A stretch of 64,000 bases of DNA from assembly GCF_009914755.1 (NCBI RefSeq), contig NC_060925.1; one strand, written 5' to 3'. Under the pieces are notes generated by a model. The model did no database searches, was not told the DNA's origin, and saw only the letters and a program-made list of their open reading frames with translations. The DNA comes from the human T2T-CHM13v2.0 reference genome, Homo sapiens. The translations under genes were made by a program, and so were the position numbers. Positions 24,291-39,091 of this stretch are shown here, one piece after another. Each line of letters begins with the position of its first letter. The first letter of the stretch is position 1.

Positions 24291-26008
24291 AGAGGGGGTA
24301 CAAGACCACAACTTTGGAGCAACTAATATCCCACTGGGGCTTCTCCCTTTTCTATTCCCATTCATCCACCCACCCGTCTCCTTCACACACACTGGATCTC
24401 TGTCTTCAGAAGCCTTTGGTCTTCCTGGAATTTCTCACTGTTTTATCTTTGGATCATCAGATCCATGGTATATTTTCTCTGCTGTGGTTTCCCCAAGATT
24501 AATTTTGGAGGTGGGAGCCAGTAGCCTATGCTCATTGGCCATCTTGTCAGAAAACAATGACTCATTCTTTTGGGGGGTAAATGCTCAGTCTTCGAAATGT
24601 CTTCTCCCTCTCCCTGGTCCTCTTCATTGTGATAGTGAGTTTACAAGACCTTGTGCAGCTGTGGAGAGAAGGATATCTTGAATTTACATCATTTCAAATT
24701 GCCCAGCTTTCTCCTGCAGAATGGCTGATCTGGGCTTGTGCTCAGCCTCATGACCCCTGGAGGTTTGGCTGTTTGGGGGATTATGCTGGCACCACTGTCA
24801 GAGTTTATGGTCTGGTCTGTGACTCTAGATGGGAAGCAGCTAGAGCCCTTTCATCAGACATCAAGCTTCAGCTGGTCCATGGCCCACCAGGCACCAGGGC
24901 ATGGGGTGGTCCTATACCGCCCCTGCAGGCCATCAATAGATGTAGCAGGGAAACAAGAGCACAGCCTCATGCTTGCCCAATGGTTGCTTGTATGCTCTGT
25001 GCCATGTCGGATGTGCCTGTGTGCTGGACTTCTGTTAGGCTGAAGCTTCCAGCCTCCCCTAACCTACACCTGACAGTGTAGTGCCATCCTTCTAATATTC
25101 TTGATTGCCCCACATTTATATAGATGCTTCCACAGTGTTTCCCTTAACTAAAACCTGTAGAGTTCTGTACAAACTTCTGTTACGACCTCTCTCCCTTTGC
25201 ATCGTAAGTATTTATGTTTCTGTCTCCCCAGCTAGAGAGTGAGCTCCCTTAGGGGGGAAACTGTGTAATATTTTTCCTTGCACTTCTCAGCATCTGGCCT
25301 AGGGCTTGGCATAAAATAAGCACCAGGTAAATGTGTGTTGAACCAAACTGAATAATACAAACTAAAAACAGATAAGTGCTTTAAAAGAAGTGTTTGGGGG
25401 AGAAAGGCTTTATTTATGGTTTGGGGATATGGAATGGTTTCTTAAGAAGGTAATAGTGGAGGGTTTAGACTGATGGAAAGAGAACATTCAGGGTGAGGGG
25501 AACACTGTGAGCAAAGGCACAAAGATGGGAAAGCGCAGGATGTTCATTTGTTCCCTTTCAGGGCAGGAATTATTCCTTGGGCATCTTTGCAAACTCTCTG
25601 AATAGTTCCTTGAACGTAAGTGGTGCTAAGAATAAACTGCGCCGAGTGGAATAAAATCCCCATCTTCTCCTGCATCCCTCAGAAGTGGGGGTGCCCAGTG
25701 GTCATAGAAGACATTAAATCAGAAAGAAACAGGTCTTTCTTTGGTACAGACACATCCAAGATTATAATATTACACACCCTATATAGTCAAGGTTGCTGCA
25801 GGAAAGAAATGACATACTCAGACAAGTCCATTGAGGATAATTTAAGGGAGTGCTATTTACAAAGGTGTGGCTATTAAAGGAAACCAACAAGTGGGGTAAG
25901 GCACCTTGGCGAGAGCAAAGTTCCATCCCTGGGCATGCTGGGACCAGGGAAGGAGGAGTTACTCTGCATGAGACCGGGGCTGTCCAACCCTTAGATGCAT
26001 TGCCAAAC

Positions 26009-26080
26009 TGTGTGTGCATGTGTGTGTGCACGTGTGTGTGCATGTGTGTGTGCACGCATGTGTACACATGCATGCATGCA
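26009..26080. repeat. Alternating purine-pyrimidine compound repeat (12-bp period tgtgtgtgtgca-like)
   Basis: 72 bp uninterrupted RY alternation. Confidence 0.9.
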
Positions 26081-26726
26081 GCAGGGTGATCAGCCCTCTC
26101 ATCTTCTTCCTCTGGAGTCTCCTGGAAGACCCAGTTGGAAGCCTCCAGGAGCACAGAGCAGGGTGGGGAAGGGAGGAGAGGAGATTGGCAGATGCAGAAT
26201 ATCTAGTACACACCCAAAGTCTCATTTAAATCTCACAACAGCCCAACGAGGATGACTTTAGTATTAACAACTATGTATTATTGGTGAGGAAGATAAGCCC
26301 TAAAAGGTTGATTTGCCCAGGATGAAAATGCTGCCACTAGGAAGACATTGATTTTCACTCCATATAGGACCAATTGTTCGGTGTGTATGTGCATGTGTGT
26401 CTATGTGGGCAGGGGCAGGTGGTAAGGACAGTGGGACACACAGCAGTCTGAAGCTCTCATGGGCCACCCCAAAATGGAATCCCTGGAGGGGGCTGGAGTA
26501 GTCTGGGCCTGGCATTGTGGTTCAGAAACTTAACCCTGGGACTTGGACACAGGAGAAACATTAGGGCTCCAGCCCCAAAAAAGGAGATAGTGGTAAGGAA
26601 CAGTGAGCTAGAGCAGGGACTCTCAAACTTTTGGTCTCAAGATCCCTTTACAGTCTTAAAAATTATGAAGGACCCCAAAGAGCTTTCGTTAATTGGGTTG
26701 AATTTCAAACAGTATTTTCTGTATTA

Positions 26727-27604
<878 letters not shown>

Positions 27605-29419
27605 CTAATATAAATAACATATTTTTATGAAAAGTAACATTTTCCAAAACAAAAGAACATCAGTGAGATGAGTGGCATTGTTATACATCTTTACAAATCT
27701 CTCTAATGTCTGGCAGAATTTTCCCACCACCTGCTTTTGCAATCAGTCTGTTGGGATATGTTGTTTTGGTTGAAATATGGGAAGAAAATCTGGCCTCATC
27801 CAGATATGTAGTTGCAAAAGGTAGGATTTTTTAATAGTTGTTTCAGATAATTGTGGCTATTTATCTTTGATACTACACTTAAACTCAATAAATGGTAGTT
27901 TCTTAAAGATTATTTACAATGTGGAATTTGAAACCATATCGACGAACATTTTACACTTGATTTTATGTACTGTATGAAATGCATGAAAATACACTGGTGG
28001 TTTTACAGCTTCCAATGATTCCTTTATCCATGTGTAAATCATGCATTGGACATTTGGAAAGTATTATTTCACTGAGTTATGAAGATCTTCCAAATGTTGA
28101 CACATTTCATTATACAAATTTTTTTTTAAAAAGCCAAGACAGATTTGTTACTATTACCACTGACCTCATCAGGAAAGATCTTAAGTATTGGTATGCTATC
28201 AAGTTCATGGTGGTGAACACAAATTTTCCAAAATTCTAATTTTCATGTGAGAGCTCAAATGTTATCGTTGGCCACAAATCTGTCAATCGTTTTGCTTAAA
28301 GTGACAGGCTCACTTTGTTCATTTTCAAGACAATTTCTACCAAAAACACAAGTATTAATAACTGTGGCATGTCAGTTGTTTTTTCAGGTAAGAATGGTGT
28401 TCTGTGAAAGGAGTGGCTAGCTCAGCTCAAAGCTCAAACAATTGCACAAGCGTTTCTTCTGTGAGACAAGCATCACGTTTCAGCAAAAACGCCGTGTGTG
28501 TACTTCTAAGGTAGTCACACAGAATATTAAAAAGATGTGTACTCAAGGGTTGAGATGGAATAAAATTAGTGATTGCTACTGCTTCGTAAAGAATATTCAT
28601 AAATAAAAATGGCTTTTAAAAAAACTGTGAGGGTGTAGTGACGAGAAAATAAAATGACTATTATCAGACTTCGTACTCTCACTTGGTTGATGTGGGTGTC
28701 AACAGTTTCACCCACCAATGCCTTTGCATCCCCAGTGCAAATGTCAGCACCATGAAAAGGACAAATCATGTGTTAGTATTATCATAAACATATTTTGATC
28801 TCATGGTCCCCTGAAAGTGTCTCGGGGAACCCCGGAGTCTTCAGCCACACTGAGAAAATCAGGAGTAGATGGCATGAGACCGGGGACGGCAGGGCCCCCC
28901 TGCTGGAGGAGCTGCTTCCGGCTTCTGCCCCATGCCCCTCATGGAGGCTGGGCTTTTGTTGCCCACACAGACGGCAGCATGCAGGAGGGTGGGCCAGTGT
29001 CGGGTTTGGGGGTTCTGTGTGTGCCAGGGGCCAGGCCATTCATCTGAAGTCTGTGCAGGTTGGAGGACACAGCCTCAGTGGAGAGTGGGGATTGAAAATA
29101 AAGGGGAGATTGTCTGGGGCAGCAGTTGCTAGAAGAGGAACCCAGCATGGACACTGGGTTGGGGGCTATTTTCTTAGAAGATACTCAGGAGCCTGCAGGC
29201 TGTAGGTGTGCTGAGGTGGCTCAGGGTGCCAGCCCCGCCGGCCTGGTCCAGGGCCTTCACCCCTCAGCGTCTCAGAGCTTTCATTTCCTCCTTTAGGTGC
29301 ACAGAAATGGGGACTCTGTGAGTGGAGGAAGTCATCTCCCAATCTAGGCTTGTGGATCTGAAGAGGAGATAGGAATTCGTTTTAGGATCTGGATTCAGTA
29401 AAATCTTACGTACATATTA

Positions 29420-29957
29420 CAGCTGGTTGGAACTGCACAAGTCCACTTATTCAAGGACTTTTTCCCACCCCTGCCGCCCTGAGACAGCAAGACCAATCTC
29501 TTCTCTTCCTCCTCCTCCTTGGCCTACTCAGCATGAAGATGACAAGGATGCAGACCTTTATGATGATCCACTTCCGCCTAATAAATAGTAAATGTATTTT
29601 CTCTTCCTCATGATTTTCTTTTCTCTAGCTTACTTTATTGTATGAATGCAGTACATCATACATATACAAAATATGTGTTAATAGACTATTGGTAAGGCTT
29701 CTGGTCAACAGTAGACTGTTAGTAGTTAAGTTTTGAGGAGTCAAAAGTTATATATGAATTTTTTTTATTTCAATAGGTTTTTGGGGAACAGGTGGTGTTT
29801 GAGTACACGAATAAGTTCTTTAGTGGGGATTTCTGAGATTTTGGTGCACCCATCACCCAAGCAGTGTACACTGTACCCAATGTGTAGTCTTTTCTATGGA
29901 TTTTGAATTGTGGGGGAATTGGCGCCCCTAAATCCCTCATTGTTCAAGGGTCAAGTG
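29420..29957. mobile_element. Tigger2a-like (MER28) DNA transposon with nested L1PB fragment
   Basis: ccctgagacagcaagacc...gacctttatgatgatccacttcc...gtaaggcttctggtcaacagtag...ttgttcaagggtcaagtg. Confidence 0.85.
29758..29892 (-). mobile_element. L1PB 3'-end fragment
   Basis: tttcaataggtttttggggaacaggtggtgtttg...gagattttggtgcacccatcacccaagcagtgtacactgtacccaat; degenerate TSD tatgaattt/tatggattt. Confidence 0.85.
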
Positions 29958-30330
29958 TTCTTTTTTATAAGCAGAATCTTCATACACACAACCCTAATTG
30001 ATTCTGAAGTCTGATGACTCACAGTTCCCCCATTCAAGCCAATGTTTGGTCTATTCCTTCCTGCCTCCCACCAGAAATTCCTGACACCCTCCTCTTCCAC
30101 CCCCATGTCAATCCACTTCCCTCCCCTGCTTTACACTTGGCTGAGAATTCACGTCTTCCAGAAATCTTTCTCCATTACTCTTCCCCTCTGTCCTCCCTTG
30201 TAGAAACCGCTCTGTGATTAATTTCTAATCCCCTCAGTGTTCATAATACGTGAAGTAACCATCTTTGAACACCACTGTGTGCTCGGTACTATGCTGCCCA
30301 CCTTACATGTGTTGCTTCTAATTCTCTTAA

Positions 30331-30473
<143 letters not shown>

Positions 30474-30489
30474 TAATTCTCATAATAAG

Positions 30490-30830
30490 AGTTACTCTCC
30501 TCTCCCCGTCTCTTCCTCTGGCTCTAACATCCAATCTATCAGCAAGCCCTGCTGATTCTACCTCCGATACATAACTTACATTCATTCTCTCTCTATCTCC
30601 ACAACCACCTCCCTAATCCAAGCCATTTTCCTCTCCTGCCTCTACTACAGCATGGCCTCTTTCTAGTTTCTCTTCCAGCCTCCCACCCACTAGAATATAA
30701 GCTCTATGAGAGCAGACCTTGTATGTCATGTTCAGGACTCTATCTCCAGAGCCTAGCACAATGCCTGGCTCATGGGATCTGTTCAATGTTTACTTTTGAA
30801 TGAATGAATGAATGAACAAATGGAAGAAGT
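30490..30830. mobile_element. L2 fragments
   Basis: atccaatctatcagcaagccctgctgattctacctcc; ctagaatataagctctatgagagcag...cctagcacaatgcctggc...tgaatgaatgaatgaa. Confidence 0.7.
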
Positions 30831-31917
30831 GAATAAATGAAGGAATGTATAGCCATTATGCAGATCCATGAGGCTTATTAACTAATGGGATCCTGATCTC
30901 ATGGCCTCACTGTGCAAAGGGGCACACTGAGATTCCAGCTATGAGTCTGGGCCACGAAAAGGTACAATTAATTGTAAGCTCCCTGAGAATGGATGATGGC
31001 TAACATTTGAACAGGTCCTTGGACCCCAGAACTGCTCTGATTTTGAAAGAGGAGACTCAGATTTCTGAATAGAGTCCATCAGTAATAGTTGTGTGATCTT
31101 TTAAATGAGTAATATCACTTACTAGAGTTACTTTCCCAGTCAATTGGGGATGATGATGTACTCATCTATACCTCAATGTAGCGACAGGGAAGCAGAGGGG
31201 CTGTGCCTTGGACAGGGGTGGTGGCAGTGGAGTTAGAGAGAAGGCATGAGGTTGAGACATGTGTTGGAGGCAGAATCAACAAGGCTTGCCAGCGTAAGGG
31301 GTGATTGTCATCATTCCTGACTGGGGGACTTGGGCTGGACTGCAGTCCAAGGTGAAACACAGCTTCCATTATTTGTGCACCTTTGTTTCAAGGTGATAGT
31401 GTCCCTGGTGCTGCCACTTTCTTGTTTGTCCATGAGTAAAGCCTTGGAGTCTCTTTTGGCCTCCCTTTTGTCCAGTGTAGCCTCAGGAGCACTGCGCCTT
31501 CCTGGGTGAGGCTGCCTTCCTTTTCACGCTCCAATTCCTACTCCACTCCCCGCCATCTTCTCCTCCTTCTCTGTAGGAGCGTCTCCTCAAGCCACAGGTC
31601 ATCAGCCACTCCCTGCTCAGGCCCTGCAAGGGCTTGCCATTGCTTAGAGACACAATCCAAGCTCTTCAGCTTAGCCTCGGCTAAGCTCTCCTCACCCACT
31701 CCTACTTCTCTTTTCTAGCCTTGGTGGCCTTGTTCCTCCTCAGGTCCCCTGCACTTCAAGCAGACTCATTTACCCACTTCCATTTTCAGAGAGGGCTCAG
31801 TTGTTGTGGAATCTTAAACTCTTCGCTCTGGAAGATATCCGAATGGCACCTAATCCAGCCTCTCATCCGATTCAGGAATCCCTGCTGGAACCATCTGTGA
31901 TACAATTGTTTTCCCTG

Positions 31918-32206
31918 GGCTGGGAATGTTGGCTCATGCCTGTAATCCCAACACTTTGGGAGGCCAAGGTGGGTAGATCACCTGAGGTCAGGAGTTCGAG
32001 ACCAGCCTGGCTAACATGGCAAAACCCCATCTCTACTAAAAATACAAAAAAGTTAGCCAGGCGTGGTGGTGCACACCTGTAGTCCCAGCTTCTCAGGAGG
32101 CTGAGGCACAAAAATTGTTTGAACCCGGGAGATGGAGGTTGTGGTGAGCTGAGATCGCACCACTGCACTCCAGCTCTAGCATGACTCCATCTCAATTTAA
32201 AAAGAA
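31918..32206 (+). mobile_element. AluSx-like
   Basis: gatcacctgaggtcaggagttcgagacc; TSD aattgttttccct / aattattttccct. Confidence 0.9.
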
Positions 32207-32444
32207 AATTATTTTCCCTTGATTGAAACAGTCTCCACAGATTCCATCCTCCAAGTAGACACCAATGTCTCTCTTGCATTTTGTTTATTTTGCCACCTTG
32301 TCCACCCTTACTCCTTTCATTCAAATTCCCCCACTCTTTAAGGTCCCATTCAAATCTCACCTCCAAGCAGCTTTCTCTGGTCACCAAGCACACAGGAATC
32401 TTTCTTCCTTCTCTGTTCCCTTGGCATGATAGTTAGCAACACAA

Positions 32445-32902
32445 GTTTTATTAAACATTGTGATAAAACACATACAATTTGCCATCTACAGTTCTTTGGC
32501 TTTAAGTACATTGACACTATTGTGTAGCCATCACCACTATCCATCTCTAGAACTCTTTTCATCTTGCCAAACTGTAACTTTATACCCATTAAACAGTAAC
32601 TCCCCATCCCCTCCTCCCTACAGCCACTGGTAAGCACCATTCTACTTTGTCCTTACAAATTTGCTACTCTAGGTACCCCATCTAAGCAATATACAGTGCT
32701 ATACAGTATTTCTCCTTTTGTGACTGGCTTATTTCACTGGGTGTAATGCCCTGCTCATCTCTATTGTAGTATATATGATAATTTCATTCTTTTTTAAGGC
32801 TGAATAATATTCCATTGTATGTATATGCCCCATTTTGTTTATCTATTCATCTATCCGTGGTGGAACACTTGGGTTGTTCCAGCTTTTGGCTGTTGGGAAT
32901 AA
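32445..32902 (-). mobile_element. L1MB 3' end
   Basis: gccatcaccactatccatctctagaactcttttcatctt...cccattaaacagtaactcccc...tgtgactggcttatttcact...ggctgaataatattccattgt. Confidence 0.85.
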
Positions 32903-34773
32903 GCAACACACATTTTGCATCAAACAGAACTGAGTTTAAATCCCAGCTTCGTTAACTTCCTAACTTGGGTAAGATGCCTAACCTTCAGGAGTCTCAGATT
33001 TCTTAAATGTAAAACACAATGGTCTGATCTGTCCTTTACTAGTTTTGTAGGCATGTGAAGTGGCTGGTGAGCACGACTGACAATTGGTAAGTTCTCGATG
33101 CATGCTAGGAAGCTACTAGACCACACAAGTGTCCCTTACCAATCAGGGCTCTGTATTGTTAGTTCCTCTGTATAAAATCTCAGGCAGTTCTATTTCCAGA
33201 ACTAATGCTAGATTCTCAAGGTCTCAGTTCCAAGAACTTGACCCTAATAAGTAGCCAGTAACTCTTACTTGATTGTTTGACTTGGAGATGGTTGTATGGG
33301 AGTGTGTAAAAGTGTGAGTGTGTAAAAGCATGAGTGTGTGCACTGTATGTGCTCCAATAGGGAGCACTGGAGACGGCGTGAGGGTCTGTGGGTGGTAGGC
33401 AGGACTGGCGGCATACAAATCAGTGGGAGTGAGGGCTGGGGTGGGGTTGCAGGTGGGTGTTTTGTGCCCACTTGCTCTGCATTCGCTTGTACCTCAACCC
33501 CTTAGGGTTGCACATGCTACATTCTCAGTAGGGCTGGGAATGTGTGCAGAGTGTGGAAGTGAGCTGGGAGTTAGGGAACAAAGTAGGAGCACATACAGTC
33601 GCAGATTCTTTGTTCTGTTCAATGACTTCCCCTGCCCCATCTCTATGCAGACCCTAAAGAGTTGTTTTCTGTGCCAGCCTGGCCTGCCCATTCCTGCAGC
33701 CCAACAGAAGGACGATCCTTACTTGGCTTTTGCAAACCCCGGCCTGGTGGCAATGCGAGTCGCCTTCCAGTGTCTCTTCCTCCCCTTGCAGTTGCCACTT
33801 TGCTTTGGCAGGTGTGAAATATTAATTGCCTCACTGGGGACTGGGCTCTTTCTGTCTGTCGTGTCTGACCAGAATATCATTCTCTCCTGCAAATATAATT
33901 ATGGGGTAGGGGAGGCGGGCTGAGTGTACGGGGGTGGGGGGTGGGCTGCCACATGGGGAGGTGGGAGCGCATGTGGGAGGGGTGATGAGAAGGGACTACA
34001 GCTTTTTTTCTTAATCGCCTCTCGACTGTCTGTTAATTAGGAGCCGTGCTTTGCTACATGCTGTGATATTTTGGTTAATTATAAAGAGAAAAGGACAAAT
34101 TTGTCACGTCTTTTGTTTTCGTTCCACCACGTCTCCTGGTGACAGCGGTGTGAAGGCTGATGGACTGCTCAGGCAGCAGCACCAGATGCTCACACACACC
34201 CTCTGCCAGGGGCAGGCAGGGAGGGGTCCTCAGGGCTAGGAGGCAGCCAGGGGGCCACCAGGCAGGCTGGTGCACATGGGGCTGGTCTGGACTGGGTTCA
34301 CAAGGGGTCAAATGGAGAGATTCACATTCTTGAATGTGAACGTGAAGTGGATGCCAGGAAGGAGTCCCCAGTCCCACTGAAGGAGAGGAAGGGGGAGATG
34401 TTCATTCCTCCGTTGTCCAGTTGGGTGATTGGCCTGACACCAATGCCCCAGGGATCAAGGCTGAACTTGCCGATAGCAATCAGAGCAGACAGGCAGGCTG
34501 TGACCCCTCCTAGGATCTTGAGGCAGTGGGGGGCATGTTCACCTTGCAGAGTGGGGCTGAGTAAAATATAGCATAGTATTCTATGAGCCTGTCACAAACG
34601 GGCCACCCAGGGATGTGAAAGGATGTGCTAGTTCTCCCTGCTACCATTTATTAGCTAAAGCCTATTTCAGGCTCCAGCTTATACATTATACCCCATCCCC
34701 CAACACACACACACACACGTACTGGGTTAGGAGTCACCTTCTGTGGGCTCTGAGGCTTACTAAGCTTCTATCA

Positions 34774-35455
<682 letters not shown>

Positions 35456-36899
35456 TATCCCATTGCATCTGGTTGTGGACTTTCCTGCTTTCCTGACCAT
35501 CTCCTTCACTAGAATGTGAGGACAGAAACTAAACTGGGTCCTGTGTACCACGGCATCCCCTGGGCCTCGTGTAGGGCCTGCTTGTAATAGACCTTAATAT
35601 GTATTTGTTGCACATTGAATGAATTCATTTGGGAAACAAGAAAGACGTACATCCCCGCACCAATCAAATAACCATCCAAGGCAGTACAGGCAGTTCCTGA
35701 CTTATAAATAGGTTTAGTTCCAAAAATTCATTTGAGTTAGTTGTCTGAAGCTTTTTCCCATAACAACAAGGATATCAGTGCTGGCAAGCCTCCTGGGCTG
35801 GCTGCCAGAAACCTATTTAACCCATAGTATAGATTAAACACTGTGCATTTGCCATGAAAAATAGTAGAAAACAATATTCTTGCAAGGCTAGTAATTAGAA
35901 GAGAAGTATGATAGTATTGAATAAAAATAGGTAAAATTTTTCATTTAGAATATTGGAGTTTTGAAGAAAAATGGTTACAAAAGGATGAGCAAGTAGAGAG
36001 AGACTAATGGAAAATCGGAATGGAATTTCTGAGTATTTTCCAGGGTTTTAGAAGTCGATGGGACTGATTCTCTATTTGATCTAAGTTCTGCTCAGAACTC
36101 ATGGCTGCTCCTCCCGCTCCCCTTTTGCTATAGAAGGAGGCCAGCTCTTATTGGTCTCAGGTAAGGGTGTTAGTTTGTTCACACATGTAACAAAAATAAT
36201 AAAGAAATGGTGGGCTGTTTGGACAGGAGAGAGAGGGGGGAGAAAACCAGCACGGACAAGGATGTATATTTATGTGGGAATGAGATTGTCCAGGGTGAAA
36301 TTAACTGAGCCATGAGGGGTGATTGCTGAGAAGGAGTGTGGGACAGAGGTCTGGAAGCCCAGGCTCTGAAGGGAGCTTAGGGAATGTGGAGGAGACGCTG
36401 AGTTAGACAGATTTCCACATTGGTCACCAGGAGGCACTGTTGCTCTGTTTTAGCCCAGGGCTGGGGGTGAGCAACATTTGAGGGGTTGGTGGGGCAAGCA
36501 GCATGCAGGGTGTGTGGTGGATGTTTCCAAGGTGGGGGTTAATCCTGCAAAAATACTCTCTGGTTATTGAGATCCTAATAAGTAGTGTGGACAACAAATG
36601 CCCAGAGAGCCATCGGAGGGAGTGCGGACTGTGAGAGAGCCACTGAGGTGAGCCTGGGGCTGGCCTCAAAAGGCGGCATAGTGGGGTCAACAGGAAGGCA
36701 GCTAAGAGGGAGGCCCACAGCTAGGAGGGCCAGGAGGAGCTCAGCTCCAGAGGACAGGGGGAGCCTGCTGTGTTGGGGAAAGGGAAATAACTCCAAGTGC
36801 TGACTTTGTGAAATAAACCAGCATCAACAATAATTTTAGGGTGGGGAGGGTTTTTTTCATTTTTTATTTTGATGAGGAGGAAGCAAAACAATAAGTTCT

Positions 36900-38150
36900 T
36901 TTTAAAAATCAAAAATTTATTTTGAAATAATGTTAGATTTACAGAAAGTTGCAAAGACAGTCTTACAATGCACCCTTCATCCAGCTTCCCCTAAGGTTTC
37001 TATCTTGCAGAACCATGATATATTTATCAAAATGAAGAAATTAACATTGGTACAATACCATTATGTAAACTCTAGACTTTCTGCTAATTTCTCTAGTACT
37101 CTCACTAATGTTTTTTTCCTGTTCCAGGATCCAATTCAGGATACCATGTTACATTTAGTCATCCTTCATCTCCTCTGGTTTATGACAGTTCTCAACCTTC
37201 CCTTGTTTTTCATGATCTTGACAGTTCAGAGGAACACCAATCAGATAGTTTGTAGACTGTCCCTAGTTTGGGCTTGTCCGTTGTCTTCTTATGATCTGAG
37301 TGAGGTGATGAGTTTTTAGGAAGAATATGACAGAGGTGAAGTGCCCTTCTCATTCTATCATATCAGGAGACACATGACATCCACATGACATGACTGCAGA
37401 AGCCAGCTCTGCAAGGTTCTCTCTTGGGATAGATTCAGCCTAATTTTCCAGAATAATCTAGCATTCCTGCCTAAGATGTACTTTATTATCTAGATAAACT
37501 AGAAAAGATTTCTTGCTTTAGAAAAGCTGCATATTTCAGCCATAAAAAAAGAATGAGATCATGTCCTTTGCAGGGACGTGGACGAAGCTGGAAGCCATTG
37601 TTCTCAGAAAACTAACACAAGAACAGAAAACCAAACACCGCATGTTCTAACTCATAAGTGGGAGTTGAACACTGAGAACACATGGACACAGGGAGGGGAA
37701 CATCATACACTGGGGCCTGTTGGGGGGTGGGGGCAAAGGGAAGGGAGAGCATTAGGACAAATACCTAATGCATGCAGGGCTTAAAACCTAGATGACGGGT
37801 TGACAGGTGGAGCAAACCACCATGGCACATGTATACCTATGTAACAAACCTGCACGTTCTGCACATGTATCCCAGAACTTAAAGTATAATTAAAAAAAAA
37901 AAAGAAAGGAAAGTTGCATACTTTACCATGTCTGGATTCTCCACTGAAAAGTTACTATTTTCCTTTTCCTTCTTCTGTTTGTTTAGACGCCAGTCACTAA
38001 GTCCATCCCATACTCAATGGGATGGAAATTAAACTCCCACTCCTGGAGGAAAGCGTAGTAAAGAATTTATGGAGATATGTTAAAATCCCCAAGTAGTTGA
38101 TATCTATTTTGAGAGGAGATGCTTTGAGGCTATGTAAATATCCTGTTTTC
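36900..38150 (-). mobile_element. L1MC4/5-like 3' region, interrupted
   Basis: tttattttgaaataat...atttacagaaagttgcaa...gttccaggatccaattcaggatacc...gaggtgaagtgcccttctca; resumes ctccactgaaaagttactatttt. Confidence 0.7.
37536..37903 (+). mobile_element. 5'-truncated L1PA 3' end
   Basis: cagccataaaaaaagaatgagatcatgtcctttgcagggac...acctgcacgttctgcacatgtatcccagaacttaaagtataat plus A tail; TSD aaagctgcata/aaagttgcata. Confidence 0.9.
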
Positions 38151-39039
38151 ATGGGTTCATTATGAGGTAAGTTGATTTTGCTGTGACTACAGGACAGAGG
38201 ACATATTTAGGAGGGAGGGAGAGACACAGGATGAGAGACATATGTGAGAGCCAGAGAAGTTAACTTTTTTTGCCTATGGCGTATCACCTAGCAACTTGTT
38301 CCCAGAGCTGGGACTAGAACCGAGTGTTGAGAACCTGGCAAGTCCGTGAAGAGAGGAAGCTATGGAGCTGGTGGAACAGGTGGGGGTGCAGGTAGGGGAG
38401 GAGTAAGGTGCGATTAGCATTGGTTTCTAGTGATGAATTCGTGGCCATCTTTTGCAGGGGAGGGATCAGGAACTTGGTCAGCTATAAGGATTCAGGCTGC
38501 CTTGTCCCATGACTTTCCCTGCTTTGCTGTGGGACTGACAGGGTTGAAGGAGATGCCCTGTGGCTTCTTTGAGGGCCTTACCTCTGACCTGTAGTGGGAG
38601 CCTGCCCCCCTGCCCACTCAGGAACTGTAAGCAGCTTCCTCTTTAGGGCTGCAGCTTCATACAACCCAACTTGCTGGTCCTCTGATTGATGGTCTATTCT
38701 TGATCAGCTCCCCCTGCCGCATCTCTTCCCCAGATTTGAAGCATCAGTCAACAGCTGGGATTCACTTTGGACCTGCTGGTGTGTGAATAGTGGCAATAGA
38801 CTGTGACAGGAAGCTGATAGACCAGCGTTGGAACCTTTAAGGTTTTTCCTCTCCTATTTTGTTTTTCCATATCTCAGCTTTAAACACAGTCGCTGAAATT
38901 AGGAAGCTGTTTGTTTTTGCAGAGCTAGGCTTGGATCAGCAGCAAGATGACCCATGAGCTGGTTAGGAACCCCTTTTGCTGGAATCACTAGTTGCTTTAG
39001 GTGCACGGCAGGTGCTCCCCGCATATATGTACGTATGTA

Positions 39040-39042
<3 letters not shown>

Positions 39043-39089
<47 letters not shown>
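39043..39089. repeat. (TG)n microsatellite
   Basis: Direct reading. Confidence 0.95.
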
Positions 39090-39091
<2 letters not shown>

